From Octopus vulgaris (taxonomy: Eukaryota), in NCBI GenBank assembly GCA_951406725.2, contig OX597816.1, positions 160,084,001 to 160,148,000 of the forward strand: a stretch of 64,000 nt of DNA, read 5' to 3'. Positions 13,899-26,283 of this stretch are shown piece after piece. The notes beneath the pieces were generated by a model. The model did no database searches, had not been told where the DNA came from, and saw only the letters and a program-made list of their open reading frames with translations. The translations under genes and the position numbers were made by a program. How positions within the stretch are numbered: position 1 is the first letter of the stretch; every line of letters begins with the position of its first letter.

Positions 13899-13971
13899 CG
13901 CCCAACGTGGGGCTCGAACCCACGACCCCGAGATAAAGAGTCTCGTGCTCTACCGACTGAGCTAGCCGTGC
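13899..13971 (-). tRNA. tRNA-Lys(CTT) variant (C3A, A37U), possibly non-functional
   Basis: Reverse complement reads GCACGGC... with loop CTCTTTA instead of CTCTTAA. Confidence 0.85.
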
Positions 13972-14489
13972 TGCTGGCGTATCCGCAAAATAATAATTAT
14001 GAAGTTTATCACAATGTAATAGAACTGAAAGTGGATTTTATCTTTTATCTTTCACTTGTTTCAGTTTTTAGGCTATAGCCATACAGGGGCACCGCCTTGA
14101 AGGATTTTAGTTGAACGAACCGACCCCAGTAATTTTTCTTTAATTATTCTATCGGTGCCTTATTGCCGAACCGCTAAGTTAGTGGGACGTAAGCACACCT
14201 ACACCGGTTGTCAAACGTTGACGGGGTACAAACATATACACAAAGATATATATATATATTTATATAAACGAAAGCATTTTTTTTTCAGTTTCCGTCTAAC
14301 AAATTTACTCAAAGGATTTGGTGGGCACGAGGCTATAGTAGAAGTCACTTGCCCAAAGATCAACATGATCAGTAGTTTTCACCTTGAAGGAACAAAAAGA
14401 TAAAGAGAACTTTCGCGGATTTGAACTCGAAAAACGAAATTAAATGCATCAATCTATTGCCCTTCGCATGTAATACCTCTACGGAAAGT

Positions 14490-14950
14490 CTCACAGAACA
14501 GTGAGTGCCACAGCGTCGTTTATTACTTCGTTTTATCGGGGCCCAGGTGCTTTCTAATTTTTGGTGTGGGTACCATCTTTCGAGTTAATAAACACAACGC
14601 TGTGGTTTACTGTTCTATGGTGGAAATTATAACCATCAATTTCAGGAGTAAGTGAGTAGGTCCTCCCCAAATCACTGAAAATTGTGGTTCCTGGAAGAAT
14701 CGACTGCCGTATGCATCCCTCCACTGTGTCGCATCCAACATGGCACCGCTTAAAGACAAATATGTCTGCGCTCGCGACACACTCCTCCCAGGACCCATTG
14801 CTCAGGCAGCATCCCTCCTCGGACATATTTACATCTTGAGAAGATTGTTTCGTCTCCCTCAACAATCTTCTCAGGGGTTGCGGGGCAGGATCTAAGTACA
14901 TATTTCACGAACATAGCTGTTGTAAGCAACTGTCGTACAATGAGAAGCAC
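14490..14950 (-). pseudogene. Merlin/IS1595 (ISXO2-like) DDE transposase remnant
   Basis: Frameshifted motifs VEGDETIFSRCKYVRG..QWVLGGVCRE and ILPGTTIFSD..YNFHHRTVNHSVVF..DGTHTKN; further pieces at ~15360-15660. Confidence 0.85.
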
Positions 14951-15081
14951 ACTACACCTTGGCTTGTAACTATGGAAACAGTCATCAACAGGCCTGTGGA
15001 TTTCGATTGGCTAAGGGTACCCAACATTTCAAAGTTTAGAAGCTATTAACCTTCTATTTATAAATTTATGGCTGAAGTCAC

Positions 15082-15359
15082 TGTGGGAATGAAGTGAGCC
15101 ATGACGTCAATGGTCAAAAGACTGACTGGAAGAGGAAGCGTGGGAAGGGAAGTGCGGGGGACACAGGACAGGATCGGCCGCTTTTGACTGGCCGAGACAT
15201 CGTGAATGGACGTCAGGGGATTCGCTCCCGGGTTGGTCAGATAGCAGCTGCTTATACTGGGTGATAGGGTAGGGCAGGATCGTTGGAGTGACTACTACTA
15301 GACAGGCGCAGACGTGAGAGGAAGGTAGGTGAATCTCTTTTCCTTTCCCAAGCACGACA
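15082..15359. mobile_element. Solo LTR (278 bp)
   Basis: TG...CA termini, GC-rich, TSD GTCAC/GTCAA. Confidence 0.7.
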
Positions 15360-16039
15360 GTCAATGGAAACTGTGATTCCTGGGAGAAACGAGTGACGTA
15401 TGCATTCCTCCAGTGTGTCGCGTTTCTGACATGGCACTGCTTAAAGACAAATATGTCTGGTCTCGCTCCACACTCCTCTGAGAACCCATTGCTCTCTTAG
15501 CTTCCCTCCTTGGCCATATTTACGCCTTGAGAAGATTGTTTCGTCTCTCTCAACAATCTTCTCACGACCGCCAATCTGAATGGGTTGTGGGGCAGGTTCT
15601 AAGCACATATTTCACGAACATAGCTGTTGAAATCAACATCCGTGCAATGACAAGCAGACTGCATCTCGGCTTGCTACTACAGAAAAAAGCACCAATTTCA
15701 ACGTTTAAAAGCTTTTAACTATTAACTTTTTGTTTATTACTTCATGGCAAAAGTGAACCTCATTTCCATAATTAGCATCGAAAACTATACTAATACAGAA
15801 AATTTGAAATCAATTGAAACAAAATTGAAGGAACTGAAAAAGATTCGCATTCAATATAAATATGCAGCGGATTATTTTGATTATAATAGAGGTAACAAGT
15901 TGGCAAAATCGTTAACACGCCGGTCAAAATGCTTAGCGGCTATTCGTCGGTCTTTACGTTCTGAGTTCAAATTCCGATGAGGTTGACTTTGCGTTTCATC
16001 CTTTTGCAGTTGATAAAATATATATTTTAACTATGGAGC

Positions 16040-16430
16040 CAAAAGTGAAAAAACGTGGTTGACCTAATTGTGGCACATGCCCCCACCTTTTGGAGGGTTC
16101 AGAGTTCCACTTTAAACAAGGTGAAATATTTAACATTAAATCAAATTTCACCCGTGCCTCGGAAAATCTAATCTATACCATTACATGCATAAGGTGCGGT
16201 AATCAGTATATTAGCCAAACAGGAATATCACTCCATCGAAGAACCACTTCCCATAAAGAACAAATCCATCACCTACAATACAGACACAAACAGGTCACTT
16301 TCCACATAGAAAGCTGTGCTAGGAACCTTAATCTTAATTTCCTAATTTTCCCCTTCTATCAATGTTCACAGAACATCTCAGTACAGCAAAAAATGAATAA
16401 AGAGGCAACTTTCATCAATAAAAATAATAA
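16040..16430 (+). pseudogene. Penelope-like GIY-YIG endonuclease fragment
   Basis: CGTCPHL..IKSNFT..SENLIYTITCIRCGNQYISQTGISLHRR..HKEQI: PLE Zn-linker plus IY-x-I-x-CxxC-x3-YI(G)QT. Confidence 0.85.
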
Positions 16431-16860
16431 GTGGAAATTTTACCGGTGAGTGTGTTAAATTATAAGGCACAAAAAGAAAATGACTCTCCCCAGACACAAC
16501 AGAATCTACTTCAACACACGAACTCATATAAAGAATCTTGCAAACCAAATCCAAAAACGAAATATATGTGTGTGTGTGTGTGTGTGTGTCTTTGTGTATA
16601 TGTTTTGTACACCATCACCGCTCGACAACCGGTACTGGTGTGTTTACGTCCTCGTAACTTAACAGTTCGGCAATAAGACACCGATAGAATAATTAAAGAA
16701 AAATTACTGGCGTCGGTTCGTTCAACTAAAATCCTTCAAGGCGGTGCCCCAGTATGGCCATAGTCTAACAACTGAAACAAGTGAAGGTTAAAGATAATAT
16801 CCACTTCCAGTTCTAAGACATGGTGATAAAGTCAATTATTATTTAACAATGCAGCATGCA

Positions 16861-16933
16861 GCCCGGCTAGCTCAGTCGGTAGAGCACGAGACTCTTAATC
16901 TCGGGGTCGTGGGTTCGAGCCCCACGTTGGGCG
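16861..16933 (+). tRNA. trnK-CUU: tRNA-Lys(CTT)
   Basis: Identical to copy 1; long T-run follows. Confidence 0.98.
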
Positions 16934-17616
16934 GAATACTTTTTTTTCTTTTAAGGAGAATTTGATAGTGTTATAAATTATATATTATTTAATAATGATA
17001 ATCATATATTATTTAATAATTACGTCATATGTAAACAAACATAAGTTTGTTTTTGAAGCGTTGAAATGTAATGATAGAATACCATGTATAGGATAAAATC
17101 CTTATGCTGTTCTATCAGTTTTTACGCGTTGAAAAATATAACTCTCTATTTGTTAGTTAATAATTATTTTAAAACTAGCTTTAATAATTATTTTGTAATT
17201 AGTTATTATTAATCTCTAATAAAAATATGAAATTGGCTACTCTGTTCGTTTAATTTACTGGGTAATCATGAATAACGTTATTGTTATTCAGGCAACCTCA
17301 TTACGGGAATCCTTCAAACGGAGGATTGTCACTATTTCCATCAATTCATTTAGCCATAAGTTTCCTTCGAACATTTATGATCGATAAAATTGATACCAAT
17401 CAAATACTAGGGACCATTTAATTGACTGCTTCCTTTCCCCAGACGTTAGGTCTTGTGTCTATGTTAGAAATGGAAAAAAAAATTACAGTTGGTACCCTGG
17501 CAGAAGTGTTACAGACTCGGGAAATGCCGTTCACTATTTCTTGGTGATCTTTATATTCTCAGTTCAAATCCCGCCGAAAACAACTTTATGGGTTTGGTAA
17601 AATAAAGTAACCAGTA

Positions 17617-18000
17617 GGCGTAGGAGTGGCTGTGTGGTAAGTAGCTTGCTTACCAACCACATGGTTCCAGGTTCAGTTCCACTGCGTAGCACCTTGGGCA
17701 AGTGTCTTCTACTATAGCCTCGGGCCGACCAGAGCCTTGTGAGTGGATTTGGTAGACGGAAACTGAAAGAAGCCCGTCATATATATGTGTGTGTGTGTAT
17801 ATGTATGTTTGTATGTCTGTGTGTGTCCCCCAACATCGCTTGACAACCGATGCTGGTGTGTTTACGTCCCCGTAACTTAGCGGTTACAAAGCGGTTATTA
17901 GGCTTGTAAAGAATAAGTCCTGGGGTCGAATTGCTCGACTACAGGCAGTGCTCCAGAATGGCCACAGTGAAATAACTGAAACAAGTAAAAGAGTAAAGAG
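17617..18000 (+). mobile_element. tRNA-derived SINE family B with an internal (TA/TG) microsatellite (representative copy); others at ~8790-9130, 27279-27650, 32614-33015, 35970-36480, 62805-63250
   Basis: TGGCTGTGTGGTAA (A box), GGTTCAGTCCC (B box), ACCTTGGGCAAGTGTCTT core, tail ACTGAAACAAGTAAAAGAG. Confidence 0.9.
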
Positions 18001-18266
18001 TGAATTACTGTAGTCGAAGGTATCGGCCATTCCAACCTCGAAATTTTAAGCCTTGTAACCAGAGGATGAGAGAAGCAAGAATCGATAGAACTCTGGACAA
18101 AATATCTAGTTGTATTTTATTATGCTCTGAGTTCAAATTCCGCCAATGCCGACTTTGCCTCTCACCTTTTGGTAACGAAATAGTAAATTCCCAGAGAATC
18201 TTTCACTTTTGAATCTCAGACTTCGCCCTTTTCCGTGAGCACGTGCTGACTTGTCATCTGTAAACG

Positions 18267-18339
<73 letters not shown>

Positions 18340-18810
18340 GCGTGTTTACAGTTGACAAGTAAAATACCTGCATTCAGATAAAGTTTTCTGATTGGATAAA
18401 AAGTTTCCCTGGGATTAACGAAGATCGTGACAAGTCTGGGATTCAAAACGAAGATGGCCAAATAAATAAATAAATAAATAAATAAATAAATAGAATTAAC
18501 AAAATACCTTATTAAAATCACAATCTTACAGAAATAATTGTTAGTGTTCAAGATGAATCTTGTTAAGGAGGTCAAGTTATACAACTTCGAAATCTATTCT
18601 AAATTACATCCTCATACTCTCATTAACTAATTCCATGTATATTTTGGAAAATACCACCGACTGGAAAAATCGAAGATAAAATGTAATCATCAGAGCATTT
18701 AGTAAAACGACCGCCGTAATTACTGACAGCACAGATATTCTAGTTAGCACTTTCAGTTCTATGACCTTGTAATAAAGAAAGTAATTATTATTGAATCTGG
18801 TAACTGATCT

Positions 18811-18883
18811 GCCCGGCTAGCTCAGTCGGTAGAGCACGAGACTCTTAATCTCGGGGTCGTGGGTTCGAGCCCCACGTTGGGCG
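18811..18883 (+). tRNA. trnK-CUU: tRNA-Lys(CTT)
   Basis: Identical to copy 1. Confidence 0.98.
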
Positions 18884-20243
18884 AATGATTTTTTCCTTTG
18901 TGTTATTTTTAGTACATTCCATTTTTCAGTGGGTGTTCAGAGAGTAAATCTATAGCATCCCTTTTCTATCTAATTTCTCCACAAATCCTCAGTACAAATC
19001 AAGGAGTGAGGTTGATGTTTTCGATTAATCCTCACGCGGTCCTTCTGCCCATGTTAAAAATATTGTTAATTATTATAAATACGAACAGGGATTCTATTAT
19101 AAATAAAAGAGGCGGTGAATTGACAGAATCGTTAGCATACTGGGCAAAATGCATAGTGGAATTTCATCCGTCTTTACGTTATGAGTTCAAATTCTTGCCA
19201 TTCATTCTTCCAGGTCCGATAAAATAAATACCTATTTCTTTATTACCCACAGGGGGCTAAACACAGAGGGGACAAACAAGGACAGACATAGGTATTAAGT
19301 CGATTACATCGACCCCAGTGCGTAACTGGTACTTAATTTATCGACCCCGAAAGGATGAAAGGCAAAGTCGACCTCGGCGGAAATTGAACTCAGAACATAA
19401 AGACAGACGAAATACCTATTTCTTTACTACCCACAAGGGGCTAAACATAGAGGGGACAAACAAGGACAGACATAGGTATTAAGTCGATTATATCGACCCC
19501 AGTAAGTAACTGGTACTTAATTTATCAACCCCGAAAGGATGAAAGGCAAAGTCGACCTCGGCGGAACTTGAACTCAGAACGTAGCGGCAGACGAAATACC
19601 GCTAAGCATTTCGCCCGGCGTGCTAACGTTTCTGCCAGTTGAATACCAGTTGAGCACTGAGGTCGCTCCCCATCCCCTACAAATTTCATATCTTGTACAT
19701 ATACAAAGGATGGGGAATTCTGCTTTGAGCACCCTAATAACTCATCATAACTTTGTTATTTTTTTGGAATTTTCAGAAAATTTTTGTGCATTTGTATTCT
19801 ACACGCAGGAATTCATGCAACTAGGAAAAACAAAATTTTTGAATTTTTCGAATTAAAAATTAAAAAAAAAATATTTTTGAATTTTTAAAAATCAGTTTAA
19901 AATACGGAATTGTTTTTTTTTTTCTTTTTGCTTAGATGCCAGCAATAGACAATTAAATGTGTATATGGGGAGAAGGATATTGAAAAACATCAATACGCCA
20001 GTGACAAAGAAACGAGAACAGCCCTTAAATCATACACAAATAAATCCTCCTCCAAAACCCCAGACTTTGTTAAAACAAACAGGGTGGTGGTTGGGCAGAA
20101 TCGGGAAATTTCAGAGAATCTGAGCAAGGTACAGTTGTGTGGTGAGAAGTTTGTTTCCCAATCACATAGTTCTGGGTTCAGTCCCACTCGTGGCTATAGC
20201 CTCGGGTCGACCACAGCATTGTGAGTGGGTTTGGTAGACGGTC

Positions 20244-20293
<50 letters not shown>

Positions 20294-21537
20294 AATGAGG
20301 GTACTACTATTAGGATACCAACACGCTAAGAGGGACCAATGCGTCAAAACTACTAAAAATAAACAAAATATTATGCAAAACTTCAAAACACATCATATTT
20401 ATAGAATTAGTTATATATGTATATAATGCAGAATATATATCGTCAGTATCAAGAGATATAAGAAAAAACATAACATTACAAACTGATAGTGTGAATTCAT
20501 GTATGTATGAATGTATGTATGTATGTATGTATGTATGTATGTATGTATGTATGTATGTATGTACGTGTATGTGTGTGTGTATGTGTGTGCGTGTGCGAGG
20601 CTTTGTACCTGTGTCTGTCCGCTACCACTGCTTGATAACTGGTGTTTGTGTTGTTAGGTCCCCGTAAATTAGCGGTTCGGTAAAAAGACCGATGGAATAA
20701 GTACCAGATTAAACAAAAAAAAGGATTGGGGTAGATTCATTTGAGTAGAAATTCTTCAGGGCGATGCCTCGGCAAGGCCGCTGTCTAATGACTGAAACTG
20801 GTAAAAGATAGAATCCATGAAGATCGTCTTCATCTTTTTGTCTCTTCAAAGTCAATAATCTAGCAGTTATATATTCTTTTCTACTCTAGGCACAATGTCC
20901 GAAATTTTGGAGGAGGGGGGCCAGTCGATTAGATCAACCCCAGTGTGCAACTGGTACTTAATTTATCGACCCCGAAAGGATGAAAGGCAAAATCGACCTC
21001 GGCGGAATTTGAACTCAGAACATATGTGTGTGTGCGCTCGCGCGTGTGTGTTTGTGTTTGCTCCCATCACTGCTTGACAACCAGTGCTGGTGCATTCACT
21101 TTCTCGTGACTTAGCGGTTCGGCAAAAGTCAGAGATAGAATAAATACCAGGCTTTAAAAAAAAAGTACTGGGGTTGATTCATTCGATTAAAACCCTTCAA
21201 GACGGTGTCCCTGTATGATCGCAGTCTAATCACTGAAATAAGTAAAAGATTAGAGATAACAGAAACTAAAAAAAAAAGGAAAAGAAAAGGAAAAATGGCA
21301 ATGGACTGGGGTAGAATCGTCAGGGTGTTTGGAACGAATGTAAAATAAAGTACCAAATCTCAAATACTGAGATCGATGGTATCAACCGATTCTCTGCCTG
21401 AAATTTCACATCCTCTTCTTGCACCAGAAGCATTATTATTGGTAGAAGCGTTAGCGCGCCGGACAAAATGCTAAGCGGTATCTCTTCCGGCTCTTTACGT
21501 TGTTAGATGAATTCACCTTTGGCTTTTCTTCTTTCAA

Positions 21538-21601
<64 letters not shown>

Positions 21602-21611
21602 TTTTTATTTT

Positions 21612-21772
21612 TTTTAGACATTCATTAGTACAACACCAAAAACTCCCCCCCAGCCAAATATATGGCACACTAGGCATAACAACAACATGAACTTCCAACC
21701 TGTTGTCTCTTGAGGTCTCTGGGTGAGACTTGGAGCCAACTTGTACAAATATAAAGCAAAAGTCAAACATAG
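21612..21772 (+). mobile_element. Short repeat embedded in (AAT)n, probably the 3' UTR of a second TAA-targeting family
   Basis: Homologous to 49724-49900 (minus strand); both copies are bounded by TAA arrays. Confidence 0.6.
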
Positions 21773-23043
21773 AATAATAATAATAATAATAATAAAACAG
21801 TACCAATCCAGTACAGGCACTGACGGTTTCGCACCCCCACCCCCACCACTACCACTTACATTTTATCGCGACTTCTTATGCTTGAAGCTGTAATTATGAT
21901 CGATAGCGATACTTTCTTTCATAGACACAAAGCGTGAAGTTTTGGGAAAGGGCGATGGTCGATTTTGTCGGATCCAGTACATGACTGATACTCATGTTAT
22001 CGACCCCATGAGAATGAAAGGCAATGTCGACCTCGGCAGAATTTGAACTCACATCGTAAAGACGGGCGAAATGCCGCTAAGCATTTTATCAGGCGCGGTA
22101 ACGATTTTGCCAGCTCGACTCCTTAGACGGATAATAATAATTTCTTTCAGAGCCAGTAGGACCGTTTATTTTCTCTTTTGAAACAGACCCAAGTGGTTTT
22201 TATTTGTTGCGTGTGTTCCGTTTTACAAGTTGACAAACTGAACAGTATGGTTTACCGTTTTTGTGGAAATTGGTATCCTGGTAGCCCAGATTTAAACGAG
22301 AGCATGTTTTCCACAATTCAAATGTATAGTGGTTCTCGGCAAACCGAATCTCAAATACACTCCCCCAGTGTATCACGATTGTAACAAGGCAAAGAGTATA
22401 AAAATACCTGTTATGTCTTGTGACACACACAGCCCAGAGATCATTGTTCAGATAACGCCCTTTCTTTTATGCACATACATTTCGAGAACTTATTTTTCAC
22501 CGAGTTCAACAATTGTTTCAGGACCACCTATCTTTATTTGATAGTGGTCAAAGGGCGAGAAGCTGGCAGAATCGTTACCTCAGCGGGAAAAATTCTTAGC
22601 AGCGTTTCTTCCGATGTTACCTTCTGATTTTAAATGCCGCCAGAGTCAACTTTGCCGTTCGTCCTTTCGGGGTCAATAAAATAAGAACCAGATGAACACT
22701 GGCTTCGATGTAATCCACTTATCCCTTCTCTGAACTTGCTGGCCTTGAGCCAAAAATTGAAACCATTATTAAAAAGGGCGTTAGGGTGGCAAGCTGGGCA
22801 AAGTCGTTACCATGCCAGATGAAATGCTTAGCGACATTTTTTCTGACTTTATGTTGTTCTGAGTTGAAATTCCGCCGGGGTTGACTTTGTCTTTCATCCT
22901 TCCTTTCGGGGTCGATAAATTAAGTACCGGTTACGAACTGGGGGCGATGTCATCGACTGGTTACCTCCCCCACAAATTTCAGGCCTTGTGGCTATAGCAG
23001 AAATGATTATTATTATTATTAGCAGCAGCAGCAGTAGCATCAT

Positions 23044-23094
<51 letters not shown>

Positions 23095-23322
23095 TAGTAG
23101 TAGTAAATTCAGTCTGGTTTGTACTTTCAAGCTGAAGCCAATCGCGAGTGACTTTCCGACAGTGAATTCCCATCCAGCATTAATACCAGTAAAATACTGT
23201 TGACGATTTAAGCAACTCCTCCCATCCAAAACGCTCAGTCTTTGCTCTCGTTTTCGTGTATGCTCTTGCACCACTTACTCCATTCTGTTCCAGTAATTAA
23301 TATTTATGAGTAGCGTGCAGCA

Positions 23323-23395
23323 GCCCGGCTAGCTCAGTCGGTAGAGCACGAGACTCTTAATCTCGGGGTCGTGGGTTCGAGCCCCACGTTGGGCG
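23323..23395 (+). tRNA. trnK-CUU: tRNA-Lys(CTT)
   Basis: Identical to copy 1; long T-run follows. Confidence 0.98.
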
Positions 23396-23871
23396 ATCAT
23401 TGTTTTTTTTTTTTTTTAAATAGCTCGGAAAAGAGCAATTGAAGGTTATAATGGATACAGATCGTGTATCAATAGCTATCTTGATGGCGGTGGCCTCATG
23501 GAGCTGACCAGCGGCAGCGATTATTCTTATATCTATAAGAATGCCATATTAATATGGCGATAACAATTAATTTCCAGTAAACGCTGCCGTAATCTCTTTT
23601 ATAGAGACTTAGTAATTTTAATATTTCCATTATATATATATATATATTTAAACGAGAGCATTTTTTTTCAGTTTCCGTCTAACAAATTTACTCAAAGGAT
23701 TTGGTGGGCACGAGGCTATAGTAGAAATCACTTGCCCAAAGATCAACATGATCAGTAGTTTTCACCTTGAAGGAACAACAGATAAAGAGAATTTTCGCGA
23801 ATTTGAACTCGAAAAACGAAATTAAATGCAGCAATCTATTGCCCTTCGCATGTAATACCTCTACGGAAAGT

Positions 23872-24332
23872 CTCACAGAACAGTGAGTGCCACAGCGTCG
23901 TTTATTACTTCGTTTTATCGGGGCCCAGGTGCTTTCTAATTTTTGGTGTGGGTACCATCTTTCGAGTTAATAAACACAACGCTGTGGTTTACTGTTCTAT
24001 GGTGGAAATTATAACCATCAATTTCAGGAGTAAGTGAGTAGGTCCTCCCCAAATCACTGAAAATTGTGGTTCCTGGAAGAATCGACTGCCGTATGCATCC
24101 CTCCACTGTGTCGCATCCAACATGGCACCGCTTAAAGACAAATATGTCTGCGCTCGCGACACACTCCTCCCAGGACCCATTGCTCAGGCAGCATCCCTCC
24201 TCGGACATATTTACATCTTGAGAAGATTGTTTCGTCTCCATCAACAATCTTCTCAGGGGTTGCGGGGCAGGATCTAAGTACATATTTCACGAACATAGCT
24301 GTTGTAAGCAACTGTCGTGCAATGAGAAGCAC
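23872..24332 (-). pseudogene. Merlin/IS1595 transposase remnant (duplicate)
   Basis: Near-identical to 14490-14950; further piece at ~24742-25050. Confidence 0.85.
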
Positions 24333-24463
24333 ACTACACCTTGGCTTGTAACTATGGAAACAGGCATCAACATGCCTGTGGATTTCGATTGGCTAAGGGT
24401 ACCCAACATTTCAAAGTTTAGAAGCTATTAACCTTCTATTTATAAATTTATGGCAGAAGTCAC

Positions 24464-24741
24464 TGTGGGAATGAAGTGGGCCATGACGTCAATGGTCAAG
24501 GGACTGACTGGAAGAGGAAGCGTGAGAAGGGAAGTGCGGGGGACACAGGACAGTATCGGCCACTTTTGACTGGCCGAGACATCGTGAATGGACGTCAGGG
24601 GATTCGCTCCCGGGTTGGTCAGATAGCAGCTGCTTATACTGGGTGATAGGGTAGGGCTGGATCGTTGGAGTGACTACTACTAGACAGGCGCAGACGTGAG
24701 AGGAAGGTAGGTGAACCTCTTTTCATTTCCCACTCACGACA
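24464..24741. mobile_element. Solo LTR (duplicate, 278 bp)
   Basis: TGTGGGAA...CACGACA with perfect 5-bp TSD GTCAC. Confidence 0.78.
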
Positions 24742-25429
24742 GTCACTGAAAGCTGTGATTCCTAGGAGAAACGACTAACATATGCATTTCTCCAATGTGT
24801 CGCGATTCCGACATGGCCCCGTTTAAAGACAAATATGTCTGGTCTCGCTCCACACTCCTCCGAGAACCCATTGCTCTCTTAGCTTCCCTCCTTGGCCATA
24901 TTTACGCCTTGAGAAGATTGTTTCGTCTCTCTCAACAATCTTCTCACGACCGCCAATCTGAATGGGTTGTGGGGCAGGTTCTAAGCACATATTTCACGAT
25001 CATAGCTGTTGAAATCAACATCCGTGCAATGACAAGCAGACTGCACTTCGGCTTGCTACTACAGAAAAAAGCACCAATTTCAACGTTTAAAAGCTTATAA
25101 CTATTAACGTTTTGTTTATTACTTCATGGCAAAAGTGAACCTCATTTCCATAATTAGCATCGAAAACTATACTAATACAGAAAATTTGAAATCAATTGAA
25201 ACAAAATTGAAGGAACTGAAAAAGATTCACATTCAATATTATAAATATGCAGCGGATTATTTTGATTATAATAGAGGTAACAAGTTGGCAAAATCGTTAA
25301 CACGCCGGTCAAAATGCTTAGCGGCATTTCGTCGGTCTTTACGTTCTGAGTTCAAATTCCGATGAGGTTGACTTTGCGTTTCATCCTTTTGCAGTTGATA
25401 AAATATATATTTTAACTACGGAGCCTAAA

Positions 25430-25771
25430 GTGAAAAAACGTGGTCGACCTAACTGTGGTACATGCCCCCACCTTTTGGAGGGTTCAGAGTTCCACTTTAA
25501 ACAAGGTGAAATATTTAACATTAAATCAAATTTCACCCGTGCCTCGGAAAATCTAATCTATACCATTACATGCTTAAGGTGCGGTAATCAGTATATTAGC
25601 CAAACAGGAATATCACTCCGTCGAAGAACCACTCCCCATAAAGAACAAATCCATCACCTACAATACAGACAGAAACAGGTCACTTTCCACATAGAAAGCT
25701 GTGCTAGGAACCTTAATCTTAATTTCCTAATTTTCCCCTTCTATCAATGTTCACAGAACATGAATAAATAG
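25430..25771 (+). pseudogene. Penelope-like GIY-YIG endonuclease fragment (duplicate)
   Basis: Same motifs as 16040-16430. Confidence 0.85.
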
Positions 25772-26210
25772 GCAACTTTCATCAATAAAAATAATAAGTG
25801 GAAATTTTACCGGTGAGTGTGTTAAATTATAAGGCACAAAATGAAATGACTCTCCCCAGACACAACAGAATCTACTTCAACACACGAACTCATTTAAAGA
25901 ATCTTGCAAACCAAATCCCAAAACGAAATATATGTGTGTGTGTGTGTCTTTGTGTATATGTTTTGTACACCATCACCGCTCGACAACCGGTACTGGTGTG
26001 TTTACGTCCTCGTAACTTAACAGTTCGGCAATAAGACACCGATAGAATAATTAAAGAAAAATTACTGGCGTCGGTACGTTCGACTAAAATCCTTCAAGGC
26101 GGTGTGGCCATAGTCTAACAACTGAAACAAGTGAAGGTTAAAGATAATATCCACTTCCAGTTCTAAGACATGGTAATAAAGTCAATTATTATTTAGCAAT
26201 GCAGCATGCA

Positions 26211-26283
26211 GCCCGGCTAGCTCAGTCGGTAGAGCACGAGACTCTTAATCTCGGGGTCGTGGGTTCGAGCCCCACGTTGGGCG
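26211..26283 (+). tRNA. trnK-CUU: tRNA-Lys(CTT)
   Basis: Identical to copy 1; duplicate of the 16861 locus. Confidence 0.98.

Larger units (their letters stand above)
12649..14230 (-). repeat. Older inverted duplicate of the two-tRNA unit at ~16620-18883
   Basis: Reverse-complement matches: 13972-14230 to 16620-16860, 13320-13800 to 17160-17610, 12722-13080 to 18480-18810. Confidence 0.85.
14247..19711 (+). repeat. Segmental duplication, copy A (~5.4 kb, two tRNAs)
   Basis: Colinear with 23631-29019: Merlin remnant, solo LTR, PLE fragment, tRNA, SINE, tRNA. Confidence 0.92.

Noticed and set aside
14490-14950. Bacterial IS1595 contamination or recent horizontal transfer
   Set aside because: Decayed, embedded among host SINEs and duplicated with host tRNAs; eukaryotic Merlin elements explain it
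23008-23105. Compound ATT/AGC/ATC/AGT trinucleotide array suggesting a homopolymer-coding exon
   Set aside because: Sits at a SINE tail with no splice or coding context
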